Below are positions 8,484 through 18,529 of a DNA stretch of 64,000 nucleotides, piece after piece. The stretch's first letter is position 1. Each line of letters starts with the position of its first letter. This DNA is from Spirochaetaceae bacterium (GTDB lineage Bacteria; Spirochaetota; Spirochaetia; DSM-2461). The stretch spans positions 32,001 to 96,000 of the forward strand of contig JAOPTT010000004.1 in assembly GCA_051531975.1 (NCBI GenBank). The letters run 5' to 3'. The position numbers and the translations under genes are program-made. The notes beneath the pieces were generated by a model. The model ran no database searches. It was given only the letters and a program-made list of their open reading frames with translations, and was not told the DNA's origin.

Positions 8484-10466
8484 ATGTTATTGATCATAAT
8501 AATACTTGTAGCAATAAATATTTTACTGCTACTAAATGCCCTTTCTAATAAAAAGAAAATTAAGATGTTATTTTCAGAGTTAAAAGATTTTAATATAGAT
8601 AATGGAATTGATTCTATAGAAAGTGATTCAGCACTATTAGAGAGTTTCAAAGTTAAAAAAGCAAAGGTTATCAACTTCTTTCATTCAATAAAAAGTGTAG
8701 GAATTAAAACAGAGCGTTCAAGTAGTAAATTAAGTAGGGATATCAGGAAAACTATTTATGAAGTAAATGAAATTGGAAAATTTGTCCTAGATGTTGAAGA
8801 AATGGCTAATATGCTTTTTAACTATATAACCGATGGTTCTGCGGCGGTAGAGGAGATTCAAGCTTCAATTGAGAGTTTAAATCGTCAAATTGATGTTCAA
8901 GACGATAAGGTAAAAGAGAATTTTGATGTTGTAAGATCAATGACATCCTCCTTAGATTCTATCTCTAAAACAGCATCTGAAAAAATGAGAAATAGTGAAA
9001 AACTTGTTGTTTTAACAGCCGATGGTTATAAAAAAATTAATACAACTAATGAATTCATGAATATTGTTAAAATCAGTGTAAATGATGTACTTCAATTTAA
9101 TAGTGTAATTAATTCTATTGCAGCTCAAACTAATTTATTGAGTATGAATGCAGCAATTGAGGCTGCTCATGCAGGAGAAGCCGGTAAAGGATTTGCTGTT
9201 GTTGCTGAAGAGATAAGAAAATTAGCATCTTTAACTGCGGATAATGCAAAAAATATATCTGTTAATTTAAAAGAGCTAAACCTTAATATAAATAAAGCTA
9301 CAGATTTAAGTAAAACTGCAGGAGATACATTTAAAGATATAAATGGAGAAGTAACATTAGTTATTGACTCTTTTAAAGAGATCACTAATGAAACAATGTC
9401 TCTTTCTGGTAAATCTTCAGAAGTTACGGAGAGTATAAGTGAACTTGTGGCTCTATCAGAGAATACTAAGAACTCCATGTCAGAAATGAGTCTTGGAGCA
9501 AGAGATGTAACTGAAACATTTGAAAAAACGAAATCTTTTGGACACTCCTTAAATGAATCTATTAGTGACCTAACCATTGTTTCACATGATATTACAAAAG
9601 TAGTTACAGGATTAAGTGAATCTTTCTTCTCTATGAATAAAGTATTAATTGAACTAGTTAAGGATACAAAAATATTCTCTTCCTCTGGGGAGGATATTGA
9701 TAAATTAGAGAATCATATGTTAATTAATAATATTGTTTTGTCTCATATTTCTTGGGTTCTAAAAAGCAAATCTGTAATTGATGGTGTTTTAAATCCTGAT
9801 GATTGTGATCTGGTTTCTACTACTTCATGTGTAATGGGTCAGTGGCTAGAAAATGAAGGTAAAGAGCGATTAGACCGGGATACGTATGATCGTTTAATAA
9901 TAAGGCATAATCAACTTCATGGGACGGTAAAAATTATTATTGATCATGTTAGAAGTGGGAATAAAAAAGAGGCGATGGTTGCCTTTGTTGAATTAGGAAG
10001 CCACTCTTCTGCAATAATTCAGATGTTATCTACTGGGGATTCAAATGATTTTGTAACATGGGATAAAGGTTTGTCGGTTGGAGTAAAACTGTTTGATGAT
10101 CAACACATAGTTCTTTTTAATTTAATTAATGACTTAGCTTCTGTTATGACAAAAGGTGAAGCTAGTGGAGAAATTGCAAAAGTTTTAGCTGAGCTTATTA
10201 AATATACAGATGGTCATTTTAAATCTGAAGAGCAATGTTTTGAGAAATATGGTTACGCTGAAGCAAAAGAACACACTCAAATTCATAAAAAGCTTGTTGA
10301 TACTGTATTAGCACTTCAGGATAATCTGAATAGAGGAAAGAAGGTTATGTCTACCGAAGTTTTAGATTTTCTACAAAACTGGATATACGACCACATAATG
10401 ATAGAGGATAATAAGTATACTGAATTTCTACGATCAAGAATGCCAGAGAACGAAGTTGTTAGATAG
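8484..10466 (+). CDS. Methyl-accepting chemotaxis protein with C-terminal CZB and bacteriohemerythrin domains
   Basis: [52 protein letters not shown]; hemerythrin DDQH, HFKSEE, HTQIH, HIMIED. AGGAG favours start 8484. Confidence 0.9.
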   Translation: MLLIIIILVAINILLLLNALSNKKKIKMLFSELKDFNIDNGIDSIESDSALLESFKVKKAKVINFFHSIKSVGIKTERSSSKLSRDIRKTIYEVNEIGKFVLDVEEMANMLFNYITDGSAAVEEIQASIESLNRQIDVQDDKVKENFDVVRSMTSSLDSISKTASEKMRNSEKLVVLTADGYKKINTTNEFMNIVKISVNDVLQFNSVINSIAAQTNLLSMNAAIEAAHAGEAGKGFAVVAEEIRKLASLTADNAKNISVNLKELNLNINKATDLSKTAGDTFKDINGEVTLVIDSFKEITNETMSLSGKSSEVTESISELVALSENTKNSMSEMSLGARDVTETFEKTKSFGHSLNESISDLTIVSHDITKVVTGLSESFFSMNKVLIELVKDTKIFSSSGEDIDKLENHMLINNIVLSHISWVLKSKSVIDGVLNPDDCDLVSTTSCVMGQWLENEGKERLDRDTYDRLIIRHNQLHGTVKIIIDHVRSGNKKEAMVAFVELGSHSSAIIQMLSTGDSNDFVTWDKGLSVGVKLFDDQHIVLFNLINDLASVMTKGEASGEIAKVLAELIKYTDGHFKSEEQCFEKYGYAEAKEHTQIHKKLVDTVLALQDNLNRGKKVMSTEVLDFLQNWIYDHIMIEDNKYTEFLRSRMPENEVVR

Positions 10467-10533
10467 AGTAGTCAAAAGGAAGTTAAACCCTATTGAGTTT
10501 TTTATAATTTAACACTAACTTATATTTAAGTTA

Positions 10534-10629
10534 TGGTTGGTCTGGATATTTTTCCTGGCTCACCTTTATACGCAAAGGCATGCTTTGCGGGTCGGAAATA
10601 AGTTCCTACTCGCCAATGCAACCAAGGAG
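10534..10629 (+). other. Candidate structured RNA / 5' leader upstream of ychJ
   Basis: About 48% GC by hand count in AT-rich flanks. Nested complementary arms TGGTTG/CAACCA, TTTCC-GGCTC/GGGTC-GGAAA, CGCAAAG/CTTTGCG. Confidence 0.45.
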
Positions 10630-10635
10630 AAAGTT

Positions 10636-11118
10636 ATGAGTATTTGCCCATGTGGTAGTGGAAAAGAGTTAGATGTTTGTTGTGAACCATATATTTCAGG
10701 TTCAGTTAAGGCTCCTACAGCAGAAGCATTAATGAGATCAAGATATACTGCATATAGTTTGGTTAAAGTAGATTATATTTTAAAAACACACGATTCTAAA
10801 ACTAGGGATCAAATTTCTAAAGATGAAACTAAAAAATGGGCTGAAAGCTCTGAGTGGTTAGGTCTTGAAGTTGTCCAGATAGTGAAAGGTTCTGAAAAGG
10901 ATTCCGATGGAATGGTTGAGTTTAAAGCTATATATAAACAAAATGGTATTAAGCATACACATCATGAAGAAGCAAAGTTTGTGAAAAAACGTGGCTCTTG
11001 GTTTTTTGAAGACTGTAAGATTGTAAATAAACCAGTGGTAAGAGAAGGTGCCAAGGTTGGAAGGAATGATCCTTGTCCTTGTGGTAGTGGTAAGAAATAT
11101 AAAAAATGCTGTGCATAA
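10636..11118 (+). CDS. ychJ: YchJ family protein with N- and C-terminal SEC-C motifs
   Basis: [46 protein letters not shown]. Start moved to ATG 10636 behind AAGGAG. Confidence 0.92.
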   Translation: MSICPCGSGKELDVCCEPYISGSVKAPTAEALMRSRYTAYSLVKVDYILKTHDSKTRDQISKDETKKWAESSEWLGLEVVQIVKGSEKDSDGMVEFKAIYKQNGIKHTHHEEAKFVKKRGSWFFEDCKIVNKPVVREGAKVGRNDPCPCGSGKKYKKCCA

Positions 11119-11127
11119 TTGTTTAAT

Positions 11128-11159
11128 AAAAAAAGTCACTTTCAAAGTGGCTTTTTTTT
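11128..11159 (+). terminator. Intrinsic terminator after ychJ
   Basis: AAAAAAAGTCACTT-TCA-AAGTGGCTTTTTTTT hairpin with T tract. Confidence 0.85.
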
Positions 11160-11183
11160 ATTAATAACATTACAATAACTAGT

Positions 11184-11642
11184 ATGAAGCTCTATTTATT
11201 AAGACATGGTGATGCTGAACTATTATCAGCTAACGGAGATCGAGGAAGAGTATTAACTGAGATAGGTCAAAAGCAGTCTAGAATTGCTGGGCGTTACTTA
11301 AGGCATATTCATCCTTCAGTAGTTTTAATTTCTACTTATACTAGAGCAAGAGAAACTTTAGAAATAGTAAATAGAGTTGGTGGAAGTTGTTCTTTAAGAG
11401 AGTTTGTATGTTTAGATGTTGCTCCTGGAGGGTCTATAGAAGACCTTATGGTAGAAGTTACAACTTATACAGATGATTCTCTACTTATCGTTGGACATAA
11501 TCCACAACTGTCTGCTCTTATTTATCAAATTACTGGGGAACAAAGAGCTATGGGAAACTGTAGTTTTGCTGAAATAGATTTACTTAGTAATAAACTATTA
11601 AATTTTACAACAGTTGAAGAGATGTCTATATGTACGAGTTAA
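11184..11642 (+). CDS. sixA: Phosphohistidine phosphatase, SixA family
   Basis: LYLLRHGDA, RVLTEIG, STYTRARET, IVGHNP. Confidence 0.85.
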   Translation: MKLYLLRHGDAELLSANGDRGRVLTEIGQKQSRIAGRYLRHIHPSVVLISTYTRARETLEIVNRVGGSCSLREFVCLDVAPGGSIEDLMVEVTTYTDDSLLIVGHNPQLSALIYQITGEQRAMGNCSFAEIDLLSNKLLNFTTVEEMSICTS

Positions 11643-12127
11643 ATAATAAGGGTGTTGAGCTATCTAAAAATGGAAAATTAGATGAAGCCATATCTGTCTT
11701 TAAAAATGCATTAGATATAAACCCCAATGATGCAAATATAAATTTTAATATTGCGTTGGTTTATATAAAAAAAGACAAATTCAATGAAGCGATTAAATAC
11801 TTAGATATCTCGGTTGAAAAAGACCCAAATGATGATAATTTAAGGGAACTTGGAACTTGTTACATTAGATTAAATAATTTGGAGAAAGCTAGAGAGTCTC
11901 TTGTTAGAGCTGTTACAGAGTATGGTTCAGCAGATTCAGAGAACTCATTAGGAGTACTGTTTTTCAAATTAGAACACTACGATGAAGCTAAGAGGCATTT
12001 TGAACACGCTACAGTTCTTAACCCTGAAAGCAAGGATGCTTGGTATAACCTGGCAGATACTTATTCTGAACTTGGAATGTTTAAAGATTCCAAAGCAGCA
12101 AAATATAAATACGATAAACTTGGATAA
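11630..12127 (+). CDS. Tetratricopeptide repeat protein
   Basis: Repeated TPR patterns (NNKGV..EAI..F..AL..NP; NSLGV..EAKRHF; AWYNLA). Confidence 0.85.
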   Translation: MYELNNKGVELSKNGKLDEAISVFKNALDINPNDANINFNIALVYIKKDKFNEAIKYLDISVEKDPNDDNLRELGTCYIRLNNLEKARESLVRAVTEYGSADSENSLGVLFFKLEHYDEAKRHFEHATVLNPESKDAWYNLADTYSELGMFKDSKAAKYKYDKLG

Positions 12128-12130
12128 CAA

Positions 12131-12790
12131 ATGAAATATAAATGCTTAATATTAGATCACGATGATACAGCTGTAGATAGTACTGCAGATATACATTACC
12201 CAGCTCACTTGGAAGTAATGGAAAAACTTAGACCCAACGAAATCGTTATTTCTTTAGATGAGTGGTTTTTAAAGAATTTCCACCCGGGAATTATGGAGTT
12301 TCTTAGAGATGAGTTAAATTTTTCTGAAGAAGAGATTCAAGAAGAATATAGGATATGGCAAGAATATACTGCTAGTAGATCCGCAGACTTTTATCCTGGC
12401 TTTCTGGATGTCATCAGGGAGTTTAAAGAGGCTGGAGGAAGGGTTGCAATTGTTTCTCATTCTATTCAAGATTTCATAGAACGTGATTATGAAAGAGCTG
12501 GAGCTGGAGATATTCCTGAGTTAATATTTGGTTGGCATGTAGATGAAGATAAAAGAAAACCTGCAGCTTATCCTGTTGAAGAAATCCTAAAAGAGTTTGG
12601 ACTACAAAAAGATGAAGCATTAATCTTGGATGATCTTAAACCAGCTGTTTTAATGAGTAAAAATACTGGCGTCGCTGTTGCTGGTGCAGGATGGGGGCAT
12701 CAAATTCCTCAGATTGTTGAATATATGAAAGAAAATTGCCACTTTTATTTTCATAATATTGACGATTTTAGGAAATTATTATTTTCTTAA
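12131..12790 (+). CDS. HAD-family hydrolase
   Basis: Motif I variant LDHDDTAVDS, IVSH, KRKP, LDD, GAGWG. Confidence 0.82.
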   Translation: MKYKCLILDHDDTAVDSTADIHYPAHLEVMEKLRPNEIVISLDEWFLKNFHPGIMEFLRDELNFSEEEIQEEYRIWQEYTASRSADFYPGFLDVIREFKEAGGRVAIVSHSIQDFIERDYERAGAGDIPELIFGWHVDEDKRKPAAYPVEEILKEFGLQKDEALILDDLKPAVLMSKNTGVAVAGAGWGHQIPQIVEYMKENCHFYFHNIDDFRKLLFS

Positions 12791-12913
12791 CATTGATGAT
12801 TTACAGAAACTTGTATTTTCATAACTTAGATATTATAACGAAGTAAAAGGTTCGCAATAAAACACTAAAAATAGTATACTCTCACAAAATAATGATATAA
12901 AAAAGGAATTTAA

Positions 12914-15721
12914 ATGAAACAATACAGTAAGTTTATTTCTACAATTTTGTTCTGTTTTTTACTACTAAATTGTCAAACTCAATCTAAAAATATCCCTGAA
13001 GTTATTTCAGATCTTTTAGAAATTAACCCAGCTATATTAGAAGGAAAGCTTGATAATGGTTTAAGCTATTTTATTCAAGAAAATGCAAAACCAGAAAATA
13101 GAATAGAATTACGTCTAATTATTAATACGGGTTCTATTCAGGAAAATGAAGAACAAAAAGGTCTTGCACATTTTGTTGAGCATATGGCTTTTAATGGTAC
13201 TAAAAACTTTGAAAAAGACAGACTAATTAAGTATTTAGAGTCTTTAGGTATGGGTTTTGGACCTGAGATAAATGCATATACATCTTTTGATGAAACAGTA
13301 TATCAGTTATCAATACCAGCCGATGACCCTACTGTATTAGCTAATGCCTTTCAGATCTTAGAAGATTGGGCACATCAGATCTCTTTTGAAGATGAAGAAA
13401 TTGAAAAAGAGAGAGGTGTTATCGTTGAGGAGTGGCGTGGAGGTAGAGGTGTTCAAGGTCGTTACATGGATAAACTTCTTCCTGTATTATTACAAGACTC
13501 AAGATATGCAGAGCGGCTAACTATAGGGGATATGGATGTTATAAAAAACTGTGAAACCCATGAGCTCCGGGATTATTATAATGAGTGGTATCGACCTGAA
13601 TTAATGGCAGTTGCTGTTGTAGGAAATATTGAATCTAATAATATAGAATCATTGATTCAAAAACATTTTAATTTTGAAAACAATAACAAAGGTCGTGATA
13701 GAATTTTATATCCTGTCCCTATATTAGACCGTTTAGATGTTATTATTATGGAAGATGAAGAGATGACATATACAGATCTTCTATACATAATAAAAAAACA
13801 GGGATACAAGCTAAAAACTATTGATGATTATAAATTATACATTAACGAATTACTCACAATGTTTATGTTTAATTCTCGGATGGAAGAAATCTACACAAAA
13901 CCTGACTCTCCATTCTTATATGCTGGATCTGGGAATAGTAGTTTTGTTAGAAATGTCTCTATGTTTATGTTTTCGGCACAACTACACGATGACAAAATTG
14001 AAGAAGGTGTCTCTGCAGTTCTGTCTGAGGTAGAGAAAGTAAAGCAAAATGGATTTAACCAGGATGAGTTAGATAGATCAAAATCTCTTATTTCAATGAT
14101 AATGACCAATATGTATAATGAGAGGGAAAACAGTGAATCTTCAGGTTTAATAAGTGAAATAGTTAGGTATTATTTAGAATCTGTACCTGTTATGGATATA
14201 GGTTATGAAAACAGTATCATAAAAGATATTTTGGAACAAATTACTCTTTCAGAAATAAACTCTAAGTCCATAGATCTATTCTCTGGTTCCGATAGGACTC
14301 TTACTGTAAATACTCCAAAAGATAGCAGTAGATCTCTTCCTACTGATAAATCTATTAAAGACCTTTTTATTCAAATATCAAAAAACAATTTTGAAAAAAG
14401 AGAAGTTGATGAAGTTATTGATGTCTTTTTTGATAAAGATCTAAACCCAGGAAATGTTATAAACATGACCCAGGATAAAGAACTTGGTATTACTACTCTA
14501 GAGTTAAATAATGGTGTTATTGTTGTATTAAAACCCACAGACTTTAAATCGGATCAGATAGCATTCTCTGCAGTTAGTTATGGAGGACTATCTTTAGTTG
14601 AAGATGACGAGTTTTATTCAGGTTCTTTTGGCCCCAGCTTAACGCGAATGTCAGGGTTGAATGGTCTTGATTCTATAGAATTGGATAGATTTTTAACAGG
14701 TAAGAATGTAAATGTTTCTCCATGGATTGGAGCGTATTCAGAGGGTTTTTCAGGTGGTTCTAATATTGTAGATAAAGAACTTATGTTCCAGCTATTACAT
14801 CTATATTTTACAAATCCTGAGTTTAGTGAAGATTCTTACCAAGTTCTAATAACGAATGTAGAAAATTATATAGCAAATCGTAATAATTCTCCAAATACCA
14901 TATATTCAGATAAGATCAATGAGATACTTGGCAGTGCCCATTTTAGATCAAAGCCCCTAAGTATGGATTCTTTAAAGGATATAGATTTTGAAGAGATAAA
15001 AGCAGTTTATAAGGAACGGTTTAATAATCCTTCAGACTTTTATTATATTTTTACTGGAAATTTCGAAATTGATGAGATGACATTATTAGTTAATAAATAT
15101 CTAGGTTCATTATCATCAACAAATGAGAGAGAAGAGCCAAAAGATTTAGGTATAAGATATCCAAGAGGAATCATAGAAGAGGTTGTTGTAAAAGGAATAG
15201 AGGAGAAAAGCCGAGTACAAATAATCTATAGTGGTGATTTTAATGGTACACCTGAAGATGAATTTACAATTAGCTTATTATCAAATTATCTTGAAGAGGA
15301 ACTAAGAGTTTTAGTTCGAGAAGAACTAAGTGGAACATATGGTGTTTCTGTATTTTCTAATATTAAACTATATCCTACAAAAGATTATAAAATTGGAATC
15401 TCTTTTGGTTGTGAACCAGGTAGGGAAGAGGAACTCTCTAACGCAGTATTTAATGAATTAGATAAAATAAGAGGTGGATTTATAAATCAAGAAGCTGTAG
15501 ATGCTGTTATTAAAAACTTCTTATTAAATATGGAATTAAGTCTTAAAGATAATGGTTTTTGGTTGAGTCGTTTAACAAGCAAAACACTTTTAGGTCGAGA
15601 TTATAATTCAATTATAGATACTGATACCTCTGCTGTTACTGGAGATAAGTTTATAGAATTAACAAAGAAGTACATTAATAAAGATAACTTTGTTAAAATT
15701 ATTTTAAAACCAGAAAACTAG
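12914..15721 (+). CDS. M16 zinc metallopeptidase (PqqL-like), probable lipoprotein
   Basis: Inverted zincin motif GLAHFVEHMAFNGT, NAYTSFDETVY, duplicated M16 halves, lipobox LLNC. Confidence 0.93.
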   Translation: MKQYSKFISTILFCFLLLNCQTQSKNIPEVISDLLEINPAILEGKLDNGLSYFIQENAKPENRIELRLIINTGSIQENEEQKGLAHFVEHMAFNGTKNFEKDRLIKYLESLGMGFGPEINAYTSFDETVYQLSIPADDPTVLANAFQILEDWAHQISFEDEEIEKERGVIVEEWRGGRGVQGRYMDKLLPVLLQDSRYAERLTIGDMDVIKNCETHELRDYYNEWYRPELMAVAVVGNIESNNIESLIQKHFNFENNNKGRDRILYPVPILDRLDVIIMEDEEMTYTDLLYIIKKQGYKLKTIDDYKLYINELLTMFMFNSRMEEIYTKPDSPFLYAGSGNSSFVRNVSMFMFSAQLHDDKIEEGVSAVLSEVEKVKQNGFNQDELDRSKSLISMIMTNMYNERENSESSGLISEIVRYYLESVPVMDIGYENSIIKDILEQITLSEINSKSIDLFSGSDRTLTVNTPKDSSRSLPTDKSIKDLFIQISKNNFEKREVDEVIDVFFDKDLNPGNVINMTQDKELGITTLELNNGVIVVLKPTDFKSDQIAFSAVSYGGLSLVEDDEFYSGSFGPSLTRMSGLNGLDSIELDRFLTGKNVNVSPWIGAYSEGFSGGSNIVDKELMFQLLHLYFTNPEFSEDSYQVLITNVENYIANRNNSPNTIYSDKINEILGSAHFRSKPLSMDSLKDIDFEEIKAVYKERFNNPSDFYYIFTGNFEIDEMTLLVNKYLGSLSSTNEREEPKDLGIRYPRGIIEEVVVKGIEEKSRVQIIYSGDFNGTPEDEFTISLLSNYLEEELRVLVREELSGTYGVSVFSNIKLYPTKDYKIGISFGCEPGREEELSNAVFNELDKIRGGFINQEAVDAVIKNFLLNMELSLKDNGFWLSRLTSKTLLGRDYNSIIDTDTSAVTGDKFIELTKKYINKDNFVKIILKPEN

Positions 15722-15723
15722 TA

Positions 15724-15756
15724 TTGACAAACCACTATACCAAACGGTATAGTGGT
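15724..15756 (+). promoter_or_regulatory. sigma70 promoter overlapped by a perfect palindromic operator
   Basis: TTGACA (15724-29), 18-nt spacer, TATAGT (15748-53); palindrome ACCACTATACC-AAAC-GGTATAGTGGT (15731-15756). Confidence 0.8.
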
Positions 15757-15759
15757 GAA

Positions 15760-16326
15760 ATGAGTAAGAGAGAAGATATGTTAAAGTCAGCACTTGTTCT
15801 ATTTGCAAATGAAGGATACGAGAATGTTGGTATTCAAAAAATTGTAGATTCAGTCCAGGTAAAAAAACCGACACTTTACCATTATTTTGGGAGTAAACAA
15901 GGGCTATTGATAACTCTGTTAGATGACTATTATACAATATTTTTTAATAACTTAGTCACAACTGCAAATTATAACGGTGACATTGTTTTAACTTTAGAAA
16001 GTATTGTTAAGCTATATTATCAAGTCGCTATTAACTCTCCAGAATATTATAGGTTTTTGCTTTCATTAAAATACTCTTCATCATTAAGTGAAGCTAGTAA
16101 CACCGTTCTTCCATATATGGATAAAGAATTTAATATTTTAGAGCAGTTGTTCAAAAGTGCAGAGAGTGACCATGGAAATATGAAAGGTAGGAGCAATAAT
16201 TTTGCGATTACATTTCAGGGAATGATAAATTCCTATATTACTAGTTATCTAAATGGGAAAAATAGTTTAAAAGATGAAGATGTACATCAGGCTTGTAGAC
16301 AATTTATGTATGGAATATTTTCATAA
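15760..16326 (+). CDS. TetR/AcrR family transcriptional regulator
   Basis: ALVLFANEGYENVGIQKIVDSVQVKKPTLYHYFGSKQGL helix-turn-helix. The track's TTG start is the -35 box; ATG 15760 is preferred. Confidence 0.92.
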   Translation: MSKREDMLKSALVLFANEGYENVGIQKIVDSVQVKKPTLYHYFGSKQGLLITLLDDYYTIFFNNLVTTANYNGDIVLTLESIVKLYYQVAINSPEYYRFLLSLKYSSSLSEASNTVLPYMDKEFNILEQLFKSAESDHGNMKGRSNNFAITFQGMINSYITSYLNGKNSLKDEDVHQACRQFMYGIFS

Positions 16327-16344
16327 TTTTTTTGATCAAGTTAT

Positions 16345-16362
16345 ATACCTATTGGTAGGTAT
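16345..16362. promoter_or_regulatory. Second candidate TetR operator upstream of the GH13 gene
   Basis: ATACCTA-TTGG-TAGGTAT palindrome, sharing TACC-N4-GGTA with the 15731 operator, next to the GGAGG RBS. Confidence 0.6.
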
Positions 16363-16374
16363 GGAGGAGTTAAT

Positions 16375-17733
16375 ATGGACAATCTTTGGTACAAAGAGTC
16401 AGTTTTTTATCACATTTACCCACTTGGTTTTTGTGGAGCACCAAATGAAAATGATTACAGTAAAGAGCCTGTAGAGCGATTATATAAAATTTGCGATTGG
16501 ATACCACATCTAAAAAGCATGGGTATTAACGCCCTTTATTTAGGCCCACTATTTGAATCGCAAAGTCATGGTTATGATACAACTGACTATTATAAAGTAG
16601 ATCAAAGATTGGGGACAAACCAGACATTAATAAATGTTATTAAAGAACTACATATTAACGGTATAAAAGTTGTATTAGATGGAGTCTTTAATCATGTAAG
16701 TCGTGATTTTTTTGGATTCAAAGATCTATTAAAAAATAGGGATAACTCGATATATAAAGAGTGGTTTACTGATATAGATTTTAATAACAGTAGTCCATAT
16801 AATGACTCTTTTTCATATGGATGTTGGAGTGGCCATTATAATTTACCTCGATTAAATCTAAGAAATGAGAATGTAGAAAGTCATATCTTTGATGCAATAA
16901 CTATGTGGGTAGAGGAATTTAATATTGATGGTTTAAGGTTAGATGTTGCCGATGTTTTAGATTTCGACTTTATGAGGGAACTATCAACATTTACTAATAC
17001 AGTAAAAAAGGACTTCTGGTTAATGGGGGAAGTTATTCATGGAGACTATTCTAATTGGGTAAAACCTGAGATCTTAGATTCTACAACAAACTATGAGTGT
17101 TATAAGGGTATGTTCTCAAGCTTTAATGATAATAATTTTTTTGAAATTGCCCACTCTTTAAAACGACTTTTTGATGTTGAATCAGGAGTTTATAAAGATC
17201 TGAATCTTTACAATTTTATTGATAATCACGATGTTAATAGAATCGCATCTACACTAAAGGATAAGGGTCATATTTTTCCTCTACATATTTTAATGTATTC
17301 AATCCCAGGATTACCATCTATATATTATGGAAGTGAGTGGATGATAGATGGTGTAAAAGAGGGGACTTCAGACTCTATTGTACGACCAGAGTTGGATCTA
17401 GATTATATGAATAACAGTAATTCTTCGGATTTAATCGATACAATTTCAAGACTTAGTCATATTTGGAAAAAATATCCTGCATTAAAGTTTGGCTCTTACA
17501 AGGAAATTCAAGTTAACTCAGAGCAGATAGTTTTTTCACGAGAATTTGATGGAGAGCAGATACTAATTGTCATTAACTCGTTACATCACCCCGTAACATT
17601 AGAAATTGATTTAGATAGTTCTAAAATTAAAGTAACAGATCTATTAAATAGTGGGTTTGAAAAAAGTATAGATGATGGGCAATTGATGGTAGAAATTCCT
17701 GGATGCTGGGGAAGAATACTTAAAACATATTGA
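16375..17733 (+). CDS. GH13 alpha-amylase family glycosidase (cyclomaltodextrinase/neopullulanase-like)
   Basis: HGYDTTDY, LDGVFNH, GLRLDVA, GEVIHG, FIDNHD. Confidence 0.92.
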   Translation: MDNLWYKESVFYHIYPLGFCGAPNENDYSKEPVERLYKICDWIPHLKSMGINALYLGPLFESQSHGYDTTDYYKVDQRLGTNQTLINVIKELHINGIKVVLDGVFNHVSRDFFGFKDLLKNRDNSIYKEWFTDIDFNNSSPYNDSFSYGCWSGHYNLPRLNLRNENVESHIFDAITMWVEEFNIDGLRLDVADVLDFDFMRELSTFTNTVKKDFWLMGEVIHGDYSNWVKPEILDSTTNYECYKGMFSSFNDNNFFEIAHSLKRLFDVESGVYKDLNLYNFIDNHDVNRIASTLKDKGHIFPLHILMYSIPGLPSIYYGSEWMIDGVKEGTSDSIVRPELDLDYMNNSNSSDLIDTISRLSHIWKKYPALKFGSYKEIQVNSEQIVFSREFDGEQILIVINSLHHPVTLEIDLDSSKIKVTDLLNSGFEKSIDDGQLMVEIPGCWGRILKTY

Positions 17734-17779
17734 CATAGAGATCAAACTAAATGAACATTAGGGTATTAAGGAGAATTTT

Positions 17780-18382
17780 ATGAAAAAAGTAATTGTTGCA
17801 ATACTGTTTATTTTAACAGGTATATCTACATTAACTGCAGGAACTAATGGTAATAATTCATGGTACGGAGTAGTTAATGTTGGAACTGGTGGTATAATTC
17901 AAAAGGGTGGAGATGATGATCTAATATCAAGGGATGATGCTGACGTTAGTCATTCTACACTTATGGTCGATGTTGGACTTTACGGTGTTGTAAGCCATGG
18001 GACACTTTTTGGTCTTAATGCTAACTTTGCCAATGACATTAATACCTTTGAAGATACAGAAGATCTAATTTATCATCATACTTTATTAGCATTAAGTGGA
18101 ATACATTATTTTGATGGGGAAACTGGTACTGGCTTTTTTGTTAGAGCTGATGTAGGGGCCTCACTTTTATCATATGAAATATTTAGTGATACTGAAAATG
18201 TTTCAGACTGGGGATTTGGAGTTCTTGTTGGTGGTGGTTTTGCAATAAATCTAGGAGAGGTTAGTGTTACAATTAATGGTAATTACGCTTATAGAGGTAT
18301 TGATCATAATGGAGATACAAACTTAGCAAATGCTAATTATGATGCTAATGTTTTTACTTTCGCACTAGGTCTGTTATATTAG
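17780..18382 (+). CDS. Outer-membrane beta-barrel protein (small, OmpA/OmpW-like)
   Basis: Signal peptide, alternating amphipathic Gly/aromatic strands, C-terminal FTFALGLLY barrel signal. Confidence 0.7.
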   Translation: MKKVIVAILFILTGISTLTAGTNGNNSWYGVVNVGTGGIIQKGGDDDLISRDDADVSHSTLMVDVGLYGVVSHGTLFGLNANFANDINTFEDTEDLIYHHTLLALSGIHYFDGETGTGFFVRADVGASLLSYEIFSDTENVSDWGFGVLVGGGFAINLGEVSVTINGNYAYRGIDHNGDTNLANANYDANVFTFALGLLY

Positions 18383-18399
18383 TATTATTTCAAATTATG

Positions 18400-18464
18400 T
18401 AGCAGTTCGGGATTTTCTACAAACTTTTAAATTGTTTAATAACTTGTAGAAAAGCCGCCTGCTA
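18400..18464. repeat. Long imperfect inverted repeat between convergent genes (possible bidirectional terminator)
   Basis: TAGCAG..CGG..TTTTCTACAA / TTGTAGAAAA.CCG.CTGCTA. Confidence 0.65.
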
Positions 18465-18529
18465 TTTCCATCTTCAGAAAAATATATTTAATAAATCTGT
18501 TTTCCTTATCTATCTTAAATCGTTAATAA

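Noticed and set aside
10534..10629. SRP RNA, 6S RNA or tRNA identity for the structured element
   Set aside because: No SRP GNRA loop with CAGG/AGCA motif, too short for 6S, and no T-loop or cloverleaf.
10537..10635. 33-aa N-terminal extension of YchJ from TTG 10537
   Set aside because: The family begins at the CPCGSG motif and a strong AAGGAG precedes ATG 10636.
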